The notes: generated by a model from the sequence alone, not told the origin. Positions 1 to 8,880 are shown, numbered from the stretch's first letter. The stretch is 35,787 bases of DNA from an uncultured Verrucomicrobiota bacterium (GCA_946646575.1 CAMPCR010000004.1:1-35787); one strand, 5' to 3'. Translations and numbers: made by a program.

Positions 1-184
1 TTCGAATATCTAAATAATCTCTCGAAAAACATAATCTTATAAAATCATCTTACGGTACAATATCATGGGGTTAAAAGTCAATAAATGGCATGTAACATCT
101 CATAATTATACTATCACTTTTGTATTGTTAAAAACATTCAATTTTGTTTCAATAAGTGCACTTAATAATGCCAACGACATAGAT

Positions 185-1531
185 ATGCCTTCTCAGAAAA
201 ACTCGATCCCTTGTTCAACTGTTTGCGATCCCACCGAAATCAACCGTCAATACCGCTATTGGCGTTTTCGGCTGACGTATGCGCTGATTGTCGGCTACGC
301 CGCATACTATCTGGTGCGGCAGAATTTCACAATGTTGCGTACGTCCGACAAGTGTCCCTTTTCGATGGAGGCGATCGGTTGGGCGTTTTCGGCGTTCTCC
401 GTCGTCTATGGTGTCTTTAAAATGGTGGCGGGCTCGATTTGCGATCGCTCCGATGCACGTTTGTTTATGCCCGTCGGATTGGCTTTGGCGGCGTGTTGCA
501 GTCTGTTGGCGGGTTGTTGGGAATCGTCCGTCGTTTTCGGCATTCTGTACGCAGTGAATGCCGTTTTTCAATCCATGGGGTGGCCGTCGGTATCGCGCAC
601 CCTCACGCAATGGTTCGGACCGCAGCAAATCGGCACGCGCTGGGGTATCATCAACTGTTCGCACCAAATCGGTTCGATTGTGGTGCTTGTCGGTGGTGCA
701 AAGTTGTTGGAATACGGCAGTTGGCGTTTGCTTTTCATTATTCCGGCAATTATCAGCCTTCTCTTCAGCCTTTGGGTCTGGGAACGGTTGCGCGATACGC
801 CGGAATCCATCGGTCTGCCGTCCGTCGAGGAATTTGAACATTTGCCGGTTGTAAAAACGGAAACTTCGGAGGATGCGAGCGACGAATCGTTCGGACAAAT
901 GTTTCGCAATCACATTTTGCACAACGGTCGCCTGTGGCTTGTGTGCATCGCGAATTTTTTTGTCTATTTTGTGCGATCGGGACTGCTCTGCTGGGGACCG
1001 GTACTCATCGTCCAAACGCAGAAGTGCACCGTCATGGAAGCCGGATTGAAGTTTGCCGGAACCGAAGTCGGCGGTTTGTTCGGCGGTCTGTTTATCGGCT
1101 GGTTCACGGATAAATTCATGCATACGAAGCGCGGTTTGTGCGGGTGCCTCATGATGATGCTGATGGGTGTCGTGATGGGATTTTATTGGGCATGCAACAC
1201 CGTTTGGCAAGAAACGCTCGGGCAAATTTTCGTTACCTGCCGTTGGGTCGATTACCTCTTTTGGTTTTGCGTCGGCTTCTTCGTCTACGGCTCGCAGGTG
1301 CTCGGCGGGTTATCGGGTGCGGAATTCGGTTCCAAGAAAGCCGCGGCAACGGGTGCGGCGATGACGGGCACTTTCGGGTATCTGGCGGCATCCGCCAGCG
1401 GCATCGGTCTTGTCAAACTCTCCGATGTGTACGGTTGGCAGTCGGTGTACTTAACATTTCTCGTTGCTTCTTTTCTCGGCGGTTTATTCTTTATGCTGAC
1501 GCTGAAAAAGCCCAAACAGGGAAGGCGTTAG
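185..1531 (+). CDS. MFS organophosphate:Pi antiporter (GlpT/UhpC family)
   Basis: N-terminal YRYWRFRL...GYAAYYLVRQNF, FQSMGWP, RWGIINCSHQIG, LRDTPESIGLP and AEFGSKKAAA..TGTFGY motifs of the OPA family, with about 12 hydrophobic segments. The start is probably ATG 185, since the ORF extension from 65 is AT-rich and looks non-coding. Confidence 0.9.
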   Translation: MPSQKNSIPCSTVCDPTEINRQYRYWRFRLTYALIVGYAAYYLVRQNFTMLRTSDKCPFSMEAIGWAFSAFSVVYGVFKMVAGSICDRSDARLFMPVGLALAACCSLLAGCWESSVVFGILYAVNAVFQSMGWPSVSRTLTQWFGPQQIGTRWGIINCSHQIGSIVVLVGGAKLLEYGSWRLLFIIPAIISLLFSLWVWERLRDTPESIGLPSVEEFEHLPVVKTETSEDASDESFGQMFRNHILHNGRLWLVCIANFFVYFVRSGLLCWGPVLIVQTQKCTVMEAGLKFAGTEVGGLFGGLFIGWFTDKFMHTKRGLCGCLMMMLMGVVMGFYWACNTVWQETLGQIFVTCRWVDYLFWFCVGFFVYGSQVLGGLSGAEFGSKKAAATGAAMTGTFGYLAASASGIGLVKLSDVYGWQSVYLTFLVASFLGGLFFMLTLKKPKQGRR

Positions 1532-1579
1532 CGGGTTGGATTGCGTACAGGGATTGTCTGTTATCCATTTATCCCGGTC

Positions 1580-1858
1580 TCCGCTCCCAATTTCATCACG
1601 ATTTTCCAATGCGATCTTCTAAGCTACGACGCACCGAATCTTCATCTTCGCGTTTGTTGTTCCAAAGGCATCTACATTCGATCCTTAGCGCACGACATCG
1701 GCGCAAAACTTAACTGCGGCGGGCATTTAGCGCAATTACGCCGCACACACAGCGGCATTTTCTCCGTCGATCGAGCCGTTCCGCTCGATGCGTTGCTTGA
1801 AGAGCCCGCGTTATTGAGGCAGTATCTTGTACCGGCGGAAGATTTTAACGGGCAATAA
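1580..1858 (+). pseudogene. truB: C-terminal remnant of tRNA pseudouridine-55 synthase TruB
   Basis: Contains VCCSKGIYIRSLAHDIGAKLNCGGHLAQLRRTHSGIF, the TruB C-terminal signature. The N-terminal catalytic GTLD motif is absent and there is no room for it after the upstream stop at 1531. The start boundary is approximate. Confidence 0.8.
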
Positions 1859-2091
1859 TAAAGAGAACTCTCGCAAATTTATTGCCCCGCTTTACTCCTT
1901 AATGTCTTTTTTCCTTGCCCTCCGCTTCTATTTAGTATAAAAGCATCCTAGAGTCCTAAAACCTCGCTTCAGCCGTAAGAGACGGACGGCTCCCTTTTGT
2001 ATCCCTACCTCCACTTCTATACCCTCCGCAAGTTTTTTTTAAAAAAGTGTAAAAAAGCTTGACAGAAAAAACCTCTCTGGTGTTAGAGAGG

Positions 2092-2608
2092 ATGTCGGAA
2101 AATTGTTCTGATTTTTGTTGTTTCGCCGATGCCGGCGAAATTTGTCGACCGGATGTGCGAAAAAATGACGGACTTATAACCGTCGTTGCGGAAAACACCC
2201 GTAAACGGGATTGTTTTTCTTACCGAAGAGAAAAAGACGGCCATATCGTCTTCGAGCAATTTGAAACCGGAAAGGTTATGCGTTTGCTCATCGTTACGCA
2301 TGACGCCTTCCGATTTTACCTCGGAAGCTTCCTTATTGAATGCGACCGAGAGGATATAATCACCCTTTGCCGCGGTGACGTGCATGCAAATTTGCATGTT
2401 CATGCCGATACGACCGTTGAGATCGAAAAAGGGCAAAAAACTCACTGCAAACAACTTCGTGCTCCAAAATGCACACAACTTCTTGATTAACAGAACCATT
2501 ATCGCGCAATCCATCGTCATCAAAAATTGCGGAACCGTTAAAGGCGGTTCCGGGGAAACTTGTTCGCATAACGGATATTTTATGGAAAATCTATGTCTGA
2601 ATCTATGA
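2092..2608 (+). pseudogene. frameshifted and truncated paralog of the downstream protein 2593-3816
   Basis: ORFs 2059-2490 and 2375-2608 join into one frame when one A is removed from the A6 run at 2435-2440. Both halves align by eye with ORF 2593-3816. Confidence 0.6.
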
Positions 2609-3816
2609 ATAAATATCATAAATGTATACAGGAACTCGGCAGATCTATGCCGGGTTGGGTTAAGGTCGGAGCGCTCGCCATGGGCGTCGGCGTAGGTATG
2701 GGTGGTGTCCACGTGCCGGGAGGAGGGCTGAGTAAGATCTGGGCCGGAAATTGGCATATTACGGTAAGTAAGGATGGGGCGAACGGAAAAAAAATAGAGG
2801 TTAGGGATGCAGAGGAAAATGTGTTGGATGAGGTGAGGTATGCAATAGTCAAGGATGAAATCAATGGACATTATAGGATGGAGGTTATCCAATCGTCTTT
2901 TATGACTGTCATAAATTCGTTTGTTACCGATAACACGGGGCGAGTGTTTTTCGATGTGGGGACTTTTCATTTTGCCAGTGGTAAGGGTGATCGTCTTGAA
3001 ATTAGCGGTGGTTCGAAAGATGATAGTTTATATGTGTGCAACACAGATGTTTTGGTTCGTGATGGTTTAAAAGCTTCGATTTTTTGTGTAGAGCGTTGTA
3101 ATTTTTTTGAAAATCTTTCGGAAATATCCGCAGATGTTGTTGTACTTGGACGGTGCACGAAGTTTCGTAACTATATTTTATCTTCGGATGTGCTTTGCCT
3201 CTTTGAGGCGTGTGTAGAGAATCGTGGAAAGATAACCACTAGGATTTTAAACTATAAAGATACAGGAAAAATCGTAAATGTTGGAGATGGTATATTATCT
3301 TTGCGAAATAATACTAAGTTTTCTCTTCTTAGTCGATTAGATTGGTCTTCCTCTAGCGGTACTATCCAAAGAGGCATTACTGGTATTCCTAATGCAGGAT
3401 GGTTGACATACGATGAAAAAGGTAGTGTGCCTTTTTTTAATGCCAAAGGTGATGTTTTTATGGAAGAGGATGGTAATGTGCCATTTGTGCATTTTCGCAA
3501 TACGGGGGATTGGTATTTTTTTGCCTTTTTACCTATCACCAACGGAAAGGATCTTTGTGTAGCGAGTTATCCTTTGTTACAAGTACGCAATGGCAAAGAT
3601 TCTCTATTATATGAAACGATCGGGTATACGCCTAAATTGACAAGTTACGTTAATACGATTTTTGTGGGTAAAATATCCTTAAAAGAAAAGGATGATTTGA
3701 AATGCAGGTTTGCATTTACAAGGGCATGTGGTTCTTACGGTGGTTCTGTTGTTGTTGGGGTGGATGTAGGCGAATCAATCGTTTATTTACTCCCAAAGGA
3801 AAAGACAGTAGAGTAA
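2593..3816 (+). CDS. hypothetical secreted beta-rich (possibly beta-helical) protein
   Basis: 407-aa ORF (alternative start ATG 2605, MNKYHK) with a long Gly/hydrophobic leader ending IWA-G, alternating beta-strand patterns and NxGxI-type turns (ENRGKI, TGKIVN). Confidence 0.7.
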   Translation: MSESMNKYHKCIQELGRSMPGWVKVGALAMGVGVGMGGVHVPGGGLSKIWAGNWHITVSKDGANGKKIEVRDAEENVLDEVRYAIVKDEINGHYRMEVIQSSFMTVINSFVTDNTGRVFFDVGTFHFASGKGDRLEISGGSKDDSLYVCNTDVLVRDGLKASIFCVERCNFFENLSEISADVVVLGRCTKFRNYILSSDVLCLFEACVENRGKITTRILNYKDTGKIVNVGDGILSLRNNTKFSLLSRLDWSSSSGTIQRGITGIPNAGWLTYDEKGSVPFFNAKGDVFMEEDGNVPFVHFRNTGDWYFFAFLPITNGKDLCVASYPLLQVRNGKDSLLYETIGYTPKLTSYVNTIFVGKISLKEKDDLKCRFAFTRACGSYGGSVVVGVDVGESIVYLLPKEKTVE

Positions 3817-4447
3817 TTTTTTTGTATAAATGTTTATGAAACTCTTTCGTTTGTGTTGTCTTTGTTGGTGTGTTTCGTTGCTGGAGGTGACTGAAGGTTT
3901 TGCGGGAAATGATGGAGAAACTGTTGAGCATAGATATAAAGGGGGTGCATTTGTGAAGGGTGTTCGCCCGCTAACGACATCTCAAGATGGGGCGTATGTC
4001 TTGGGGATGGAAAAGGTTGGTGATATAAACGTTTTTTACATAAGCGGTCCTGAAGGTTTGTGTGGGATGACTTGCATAAGAACATTTCCAGATAATAGAC
4101 ACTTGCACATTATATCGGTAGGTGATATACGAAAGAACCATATTATGCCGGAGTATTATGCGGATCTGATGCTTCGAATGCCACGAAAGTGTCCCATTGA
4201 TTTTAGTTGGATACACCAGCACGACGGGGTGTATTTTAAACTTGGTAATCAACGTGTAGTGCGCGTAGAGGCTGGAGGTAAATGCGTAGTGATAAATGAT
4301 AATCCTCCGTATGAGGCGTTTAAGGGGGCAGGTATTTATGCCAATTTGGATAAACAAAACCAGCTCGTGTATACTTCTGGTTCGTCGGCGGGTGGCGTGA
4401 TACAATACAACAGTATACCGCAGATAGGGATAGGAAATAATTCTCGG

Positions 4448-4483
4448 GATAAACAGGAAAAGAAGGATAAACAGGAAAAGAAG
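4448..4483 (+). repeat. perfect 18-bp tandem repeat x2 (GATAAACAGGAAAAGAAG; encodes DKQEKK)
   Basis: Copies at 4448-4465 and 4466-4483. Confidence 0.9.
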
Positions 4484-4726
4484 GAAGGTGAGGCAGGGAA
4501 AGAGAAAACAGTTGAATCAAAGAAAGAGTCGAAGGAGGGGGAAATCGAGGTTAATCCTGATCTCGCAGAACAGTTGCCTGAAAAAGTTGATGCCAAGGAC
4601 TTCATAAATGCTGTGAAAGACAAAAATGGCGAAAATCTGTTTGACAACGGTGCCTAATTGCCTGTTGCAGACATCAAAATCGATGGTTTTCGTAAAGAAG
4701 AGGCGGCAAAGGAGGTCGATATTCAG

Positions 4727-4962
4727 CCTGTAACATCGAATGAACCCCAGGTCGCCACGGAGACAGAAAAGCCCTCGGAAACTCAAGAACCGGCTCGTTC
4801 GGTAGAAGAGAGTCCACTGGAAACACCGATGGAATCGCCATCCGTTGGAAATGAAACACCTTCTACACAGCAGATGCTTCAGGAAAGTTCAAGTGAATCG
4901 TCTGAACTTCGGGATTCTTATGTCAAGGATGAACCTGTAACATCGAATGAACCCCAGGTCGC
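4727..4962 (+). repeat. perfect 29-bp direct repeat (CCTGTAACATCGAATGAACCCCAGGTCGC)
   Basis: Copies at 4727-4755 and 4934-4962, 207 bp apart and in frame (PVTSNEPQVA). Confidence 0.9.
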
Positions 4963-5777
4963 AAGAAGAGCCGATCGTAGCCGCTGAAAACTATGTTGAA
5001 AACGATCAAAGCAGTCGGGGTTTTCTTGATGAAATTCAATCGGAAAGAGCAAGTTCCGCGTCGTTAACTGATTCAGTAAGCGAGGGTTTGGGCGAAAATT
5101 CTTCCGTTCGTGATGATCTTGAAAAGGATTTTAATTCTTCGTCCGAACAATCGGATATCTCGTTTTTAAATGGACGGTTCGGGCAGCAAAATGAATTTGA
5201 AGGAGGAAGTTTGATGCCGAATAGCAGTGATAGGATGGAGCCATATCATTATGATTCACGGCACCATGAGCTGAGGGAAATCAATGTTCAACATGCGGAA
5301 GTTCCGAGTGCCTGGAGTGAGCGTCCTGATTTTGCTTCGAGCCCGACAGTTTCGTCTGCTTTGTTTCAGGTGGGTGGTATTAATAATAGTCCTAATTTTC
5401 CGTTAACAGACAGTAAAATGCCTTTAAAACAAAACGGAGCTGGGCATTCGAACGGATTTCCGCGGCTTGTTGAAAAAGGTGGTAAAAAATGGTTGGTAGT
5501 CGATGCACGCAAAATCTTTGTGCGAGCAGATCAGGCTCCGGCGAGTATGCAATTGGCTGGTGTGTCACAAGATACAAAGGAGCTGGATGTGCCCTCGCAT
5601 GGAGAAAGTACGAGTGCGTCTGAGGTTTTTTTCATGCATGAGACCTCAACCAGCATTACTTTGGGGCATTGTTTTTATACGTATATTTCCATGCCAAAGG
5701 GAATGGTGGCGCCTGAGAGAGTTGAGGCTTTGTTTGTGCCAGGCGTGAGGTAATAACAAGAACCATTGGTTGAAGTT

Positions 5778-5820
5778 ACAAAGGGTGTACGCAATATGCG
5801 CACCCTTTGTTCTTTTATAT
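5778..5820 (+). terminator. intrinsic terminator
   Basis: ACAAAGGGTG...CACCCTTTGT stem with an inner CGCA/TGCG pair, followed by TCTTTTATATTTT, 25 nt after stop 5753. Confidence 0.8.
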
Positions 5821-6126
5821 TTTGCTTTTTGGATAAATTTCTTCTGTTTTTTGTGTCAATTTTAGTGAAAAAGGGAATCTATTCTGGCTTAGGCGATTTG
5901 GCTTTTAAAAACATTTGCATTTGTGAAGTGAATTTCGAAATTTTACCTCAAATTTTTCTCGTCTCGGATGGCAACTTCATTGCCTCACCTTTTCTCGATA
6001 ATCCAGCTACTTTATTCGGAATTTTAAGAACATGCCTGAGTATAGTCAATGATATTAGTTTTGCGAAAGCCAAATAAATCGTCACAAATGAACGTGTACC
6101 AAACAACCTACACGATAGTGTAACTT

Positions 6127-6564
6127 TTATTCCGCAACATTTGTCCCCACTCGTATCGCCCGATACCCGCATTTTCTGGTAACAGTCATAATTTGTAATA
6201 CGTACGCCAGCGGTAGACGTTCATCCGCCCGCAATAGAAGAGCATCATTTTTTTTCTTCGAAAACACTTGTTCCAGTTGTGAAAAATCGTACGGTCTGTG
6301 ATGAAAAAAAAGGCGTTTATCGGCATCGACAATCAAAATATCATCAACCGGGAGCGCGGTTCCGTATGCCAAAGCAATCGAAGTTTTCGGCAATTGCAAT
6401 TGTATTCCGGGCGGACAAAGCCATCGCGAGTTTAACAGAAGCAATCCGAAAGCCAATACAAGCAAGTTCATGTACGGCACCCATTGCAACGACAAGGTAT
6501 TTGCTTCGGAGAGTTCCAATTGTGCATTTAAACCCAAGGGTTCCAGGCTGTTAACGGCTTTCAT
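6127..6564 (-). CDS. exbD: ExbD/TolR family biopolymer transport protein
   Basis: One N-terminal TM segment (PYMNLLVLAFGLLLL), GIQLQLPKT, and a C-terminal LLLRADERLP...VLQIM...G motif; lies downstream of exbB. Start taken as ATG 6564. Confidence 0.75.
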   Translation of the reverse strand: MKAVNSLEPLGLNAQLELSEANTLSLQWVPYMNLLVLAFGLLLLNSRWLCPPGIQLQLPKTSIALAYGTALPVDDILIVDADKRLFFHHRPYDFSQLEQVFSKKKNDALLLRADERLPLAYVLQIMTVTRKCGYRAIRVGTNVAE

Positions 6565-6596
6565 CAAAAATTTCTCCTTTTTTAAAAAACAATATC

Positions 6597-6833
6597 TTAA
6601 TAAATAACGACATTTCTCGTCATTTTTTCGTTGCAAACTCCGTATGCCGCTCGGTACTCCGCGCGGTTTTCGTATTCACGACCGTAGACGGAATAATCGA
6701 CATTTGCATGAATGATTTGCTTTTTAAAATTCTCCAAATCGCCTATCGATTCGGGCTTCGGATATTGACAGTAATACATTACCCCGAAGGAGCCCAAAAG
6801 TACGAACAATACCCACAAAATTTTGCTCTTCAT
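6597..6833 (-). CDS. small hypothetical membrane-anchored protein (78 aa)
   Basis: ATG 6 nt after the exbB stop, MKSK plus a hydrophobic anchor, and it fills the exbB-exbD gap. Confidence 0.55.
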   Translation of the reverse strand: MKSKILWVLFVLLGSFGVMYYCQYPKPESIGDLENFKKQIIHANVDYSVYGREYENRAEYRAAYGVCNEKMTRNVVIY

Positions 6834-6839
6834 ATATTT

Positions 6840-7487
6840 TTAACCTTCGGAAGTTTCTGCTGTTTCTTCTTTTTTTACACAGGTTGTTTTTTGAAAAAAC
6901 AGCAACCATTCACCGGCAGTCCATTCCAAATCGAAAATCAGCAATCGTACGCGACCGTTTAGAAAATGATACGCGACGGTGAACAGTAACCGTTCCGAGA
7001 GCCCGACCAACGTCACTGCCAACGCGGAGGCAAACAGCGGCGCAACGCTTGTCAGGTATGTGTACGCCTGCAATTCGCCCAACCGCCAAAAACCTTTCAG
7101 AAGAAAAAAAACGGTTCCGATGAGTCCGACCAACGGCGCAATTTGTCCCATCATGTGCAACGATTCAATGCGTTTGCGCAACATCGGCAGTTCCAACAGG
7201 GCGTGTTGCCGCAGCATATCCTTCAAAACCAACGGCGGTTCGGAGCGATGCAACAGCGCCGCCCGCGTCAATCGCGCCACCGCACACGGCGTCTGTTCGC
7301 ACACCGACAGCGCTTCTTCATACCGTGACGCTTTGAGTAAATTTTCAACGCCGCTCACAAAGCGTTTCGGTTGAATGCGTCCTTTATGAAGAAAAATCAG
7401 ACGTTCGGTAAAAAATAAAAGCCCGAAAACCGCCAGCAGTCCGAGCGGATAAAGGAAAACATCGATGGTTTGTGCGAGTTCCCGCAT
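6840..7487 (-). CDS. exbB: MotA/TolQ/ExbB proton channel family protein
   Basis: Three TM segments, the IAPLVGLIGTV motif, and ALAVTLVGL. Confidence 0.85.
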   Translation of the reverse strand: MRELAQTIDVFLYPLGLLAVFGLLFFTERLIFLHKGRIQPKRFVSGVENLLKASRYEEALSVCEQTPCAVARLTRAALLHRSEPPLVLKDMLRQHALLELPMLRKRIESLHMMGQIAPLVGLIGTVFFLLKGFWRLGELQAYTYLTSVAPLFASALAVTLVGLSERLLFTVAYHFLNGRVRLLIFDLEWTAGEWLLFFQKTTCVKKEETAETSEG

Positions 7488-7490
7488 GCA

Positions 7491-8522
7491 TCATTCCCGC
7501 GCTTCCGACGGTCGATACACCACCGGTCCCCACAGCTTGTCAGCCCAGTTGGTCGGGATCGGCGCCTCATTTTGAATGGCTTCCAGGCGCGCTTCGGCAA
7601 TCTTCGCGGCTTCCGATTCCGGCGCCGCCAACCGCACTTCGCGGTAAAACGGAACCGCGCCGTCCGGATAATGCCGACGAAAATAGTAAAAGTCTCCAAA
7701 CCTTAAGCGACCTTCGGCATACACTTCCCGCGCTTCCGCCAATCCGTCCCGCGCATCTTCGATTTCCTCCGTTAAATCGGCGCGCCGACCGAACAGCAGA
7801 ATAAAATTTTCGTAGGCGTCAATCGCGCGTTTCGCCGGTTGCGGATCGTTTTCGGGGCGCCGCACCATCGACAAATACACATCCGCCTGAAATAAATATG
7901 CTTCATGGATTCGCTCCCAATCGGCGTAATCTTCAATCAGCCGATCCAGCGTTTCAATTGCCTTCGCCGGCTCCTTGTCGGCAGACTGTAACTCCGCGAT
8001 GTACAAAAGTGCTTTCGGTGCATCGGCGGAACGCGGCGAATACTTCACGACCGACCGAAAACAGTCGATTGCCGCCTTCGGATCTTTAAAAAACGAAAGC
8101 ACCTTGGATTTCTCTTTTGCCCGTTGATACTGCTCCGTCAAACGACACGCCACTTCAAATTCCGCCCGCACGACGGCTTCGTAATCGGCGTAATCGACGT
8201 AGTTTTTCGTCACAAACGAAAACTTTTCGAATGCCGATTCGTACTGCCCGCGCTCCGCCAATCCGCGACCCCATTCATAGAATGCCGTCGGTGCCGCATC
8301 GGTCTCCAAAAAATGTTTGGTAATCGTTTGATAATACTTACACGCCTTGCGCCACGCACCGTCCGCTTCCGCTGTCCGCGCTTCCTCCAGCAGCTCCGCC
8401 GCCTGCCGTTCGCGCGCTTCGCATTTCATCGCAATCTGCTCGGGCGGAACGTCATTTTTGACGGTTTTGCAACCGCCGAGAAAGAGGAGAGACAAGAGGA
8501 GGAGAAGTGAGAAGGATTTCAC
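7491..8522 (-). CDS. bamD: BamD-like TPR outer-membrane assembly lipoprotein
   Basis: Lipobox LGGC, TPR helices, and the BamD-like NDPQPAKRAIDAYENFI...RFGDFYY pattern. Confidence 0.75.
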   Translation of the reverse strand: MKSFSLLLLLSLLFLGGCKTVKNDVPPEQIAMKCEARERQAAELLEEARTAEADGAWRKACKYYQTITKHFLETDAAPTAFYEWGRGLAERGQYESAFEKFSFVTKNYVDYADYEAVVRAEFEVACRLTEQYQRAKEKSKVLSFFKDPKAAIDCFRSVVKYSPRSADAPKALLYIAELQSADKEPAKAIETLDRLIEDYADWERIHEAYLFQADVYLSMVRRPENDPQPAKRAIDAYENFILLFGRRADLTEEIEDARDGLAEAREVYAEGRLRFGDFYYFRRHYPDGAVPFYREVRLAAPESEAAKIAEARLEAIQNEAPIPTNWADKLWGPVVYRPSEARE

Positions 8523-8530
8523 TGAAAGTA

Positions 8531-8559
8531 AGGGTAGGGGGAAGAAGAGGGGTTGTCAA
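8531..8559 (-). promoter_or_regulatory. sigma70-type promoter of the bamD operon
   Basis: TTGACA (8559-8554), 17-nt spacer, TACCCT (8536-8531), located 8 nt before the GTG start. Confidence 0.6.
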
Positions 8560-8803
8560 TTTTGGAAGTGCGATGTGGTGCCTTTCGGATATTTCTATGA
8601 AACTCTAAGGCTAACTGAGTGGCAACAGGTGTGAATCGGTTTGTTCAATTAGGGATTAAGATCCATTTATCAGTTTTTTCAATGAGCAAATCTTCTTCGC
8701 CAGCCAAGTAGGTTGGTTGTGTTCACAATGGTTAAGAACTGCCCACTGAATATCTTTTCTCTTGCCAACCCTCCCTCTCCCCTCTCACCCTGAAAACGTC
8801 CGT

Positions 8804-8880
8804 GGGGAGTTAGCTCAGTTGGTTAGAGCATCAGCTTGACATGCTGGGGGTCATCGGTTCGAGTCCGGTACTTCCCACCA
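8804..8880 (+). tRNA. tRNA-Val(GAC)
   Basis: Acceptor stem GGGGAGT/ACTTCCC, anticodon arm TCAGC-TTGACAT-GCTGG, GGTTCGAGTCC T-arm and an encoded CCA. Confidence 0.97.

Larger units (their letters stand above)
3830..5753 (+). pseudogene. large secreted protein with an acidic low-complexity linker, split by an in-frame TAA and a frameshift (ORF pieces 3830-4657, 4658-4987, 4947-5753)
   Basis: Begins with a signal-like MKLFRLCCLCWCVSLLEVTEGFA. The same frame continues directly after TAA 4655-4657, and an extra base near 4963-4964 links ..EPQVA to EEPIVAAEN. The E/S/P-rich composition is continuous across both junctions. Confidence 0.6.

Noticed and set aside
215-1225. Long antisense or overlapping ORFs (also 2083-2970, 9411-10292, 10627-11343, 15932-16795, 21209-22045)
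   Set aside because: They overlap better-supported genes on the other strand or frame and show no family signatures.
2072-2091. Hairpin CCTCTCT/AGAGAGG next to ATG 2092 as a thermometer or riboswitch
   Set aside because: It is a single 7-bp stem overlapping the presumed promoter spacer (TTGACA at 2059), so it is probably not fully transcribed; the evidence is insufficient.
4655-4657. Stop-codon reassignment
   Set aside because: TAA, TAG and TGA all terminate conserved genes normally in this window.
4727-4962. CRISPR array from the 29-bp repeat
   Set aside because: Only two copies, a 178-bp spacer, in frame within coding sequence, and no cas genes.
5766-6126. 103-aa ORF after the island
   Set aside because: It starts inside the terminator hairpin region, is AT-rich and has no motifs; more likely spacer or decayed DNA.
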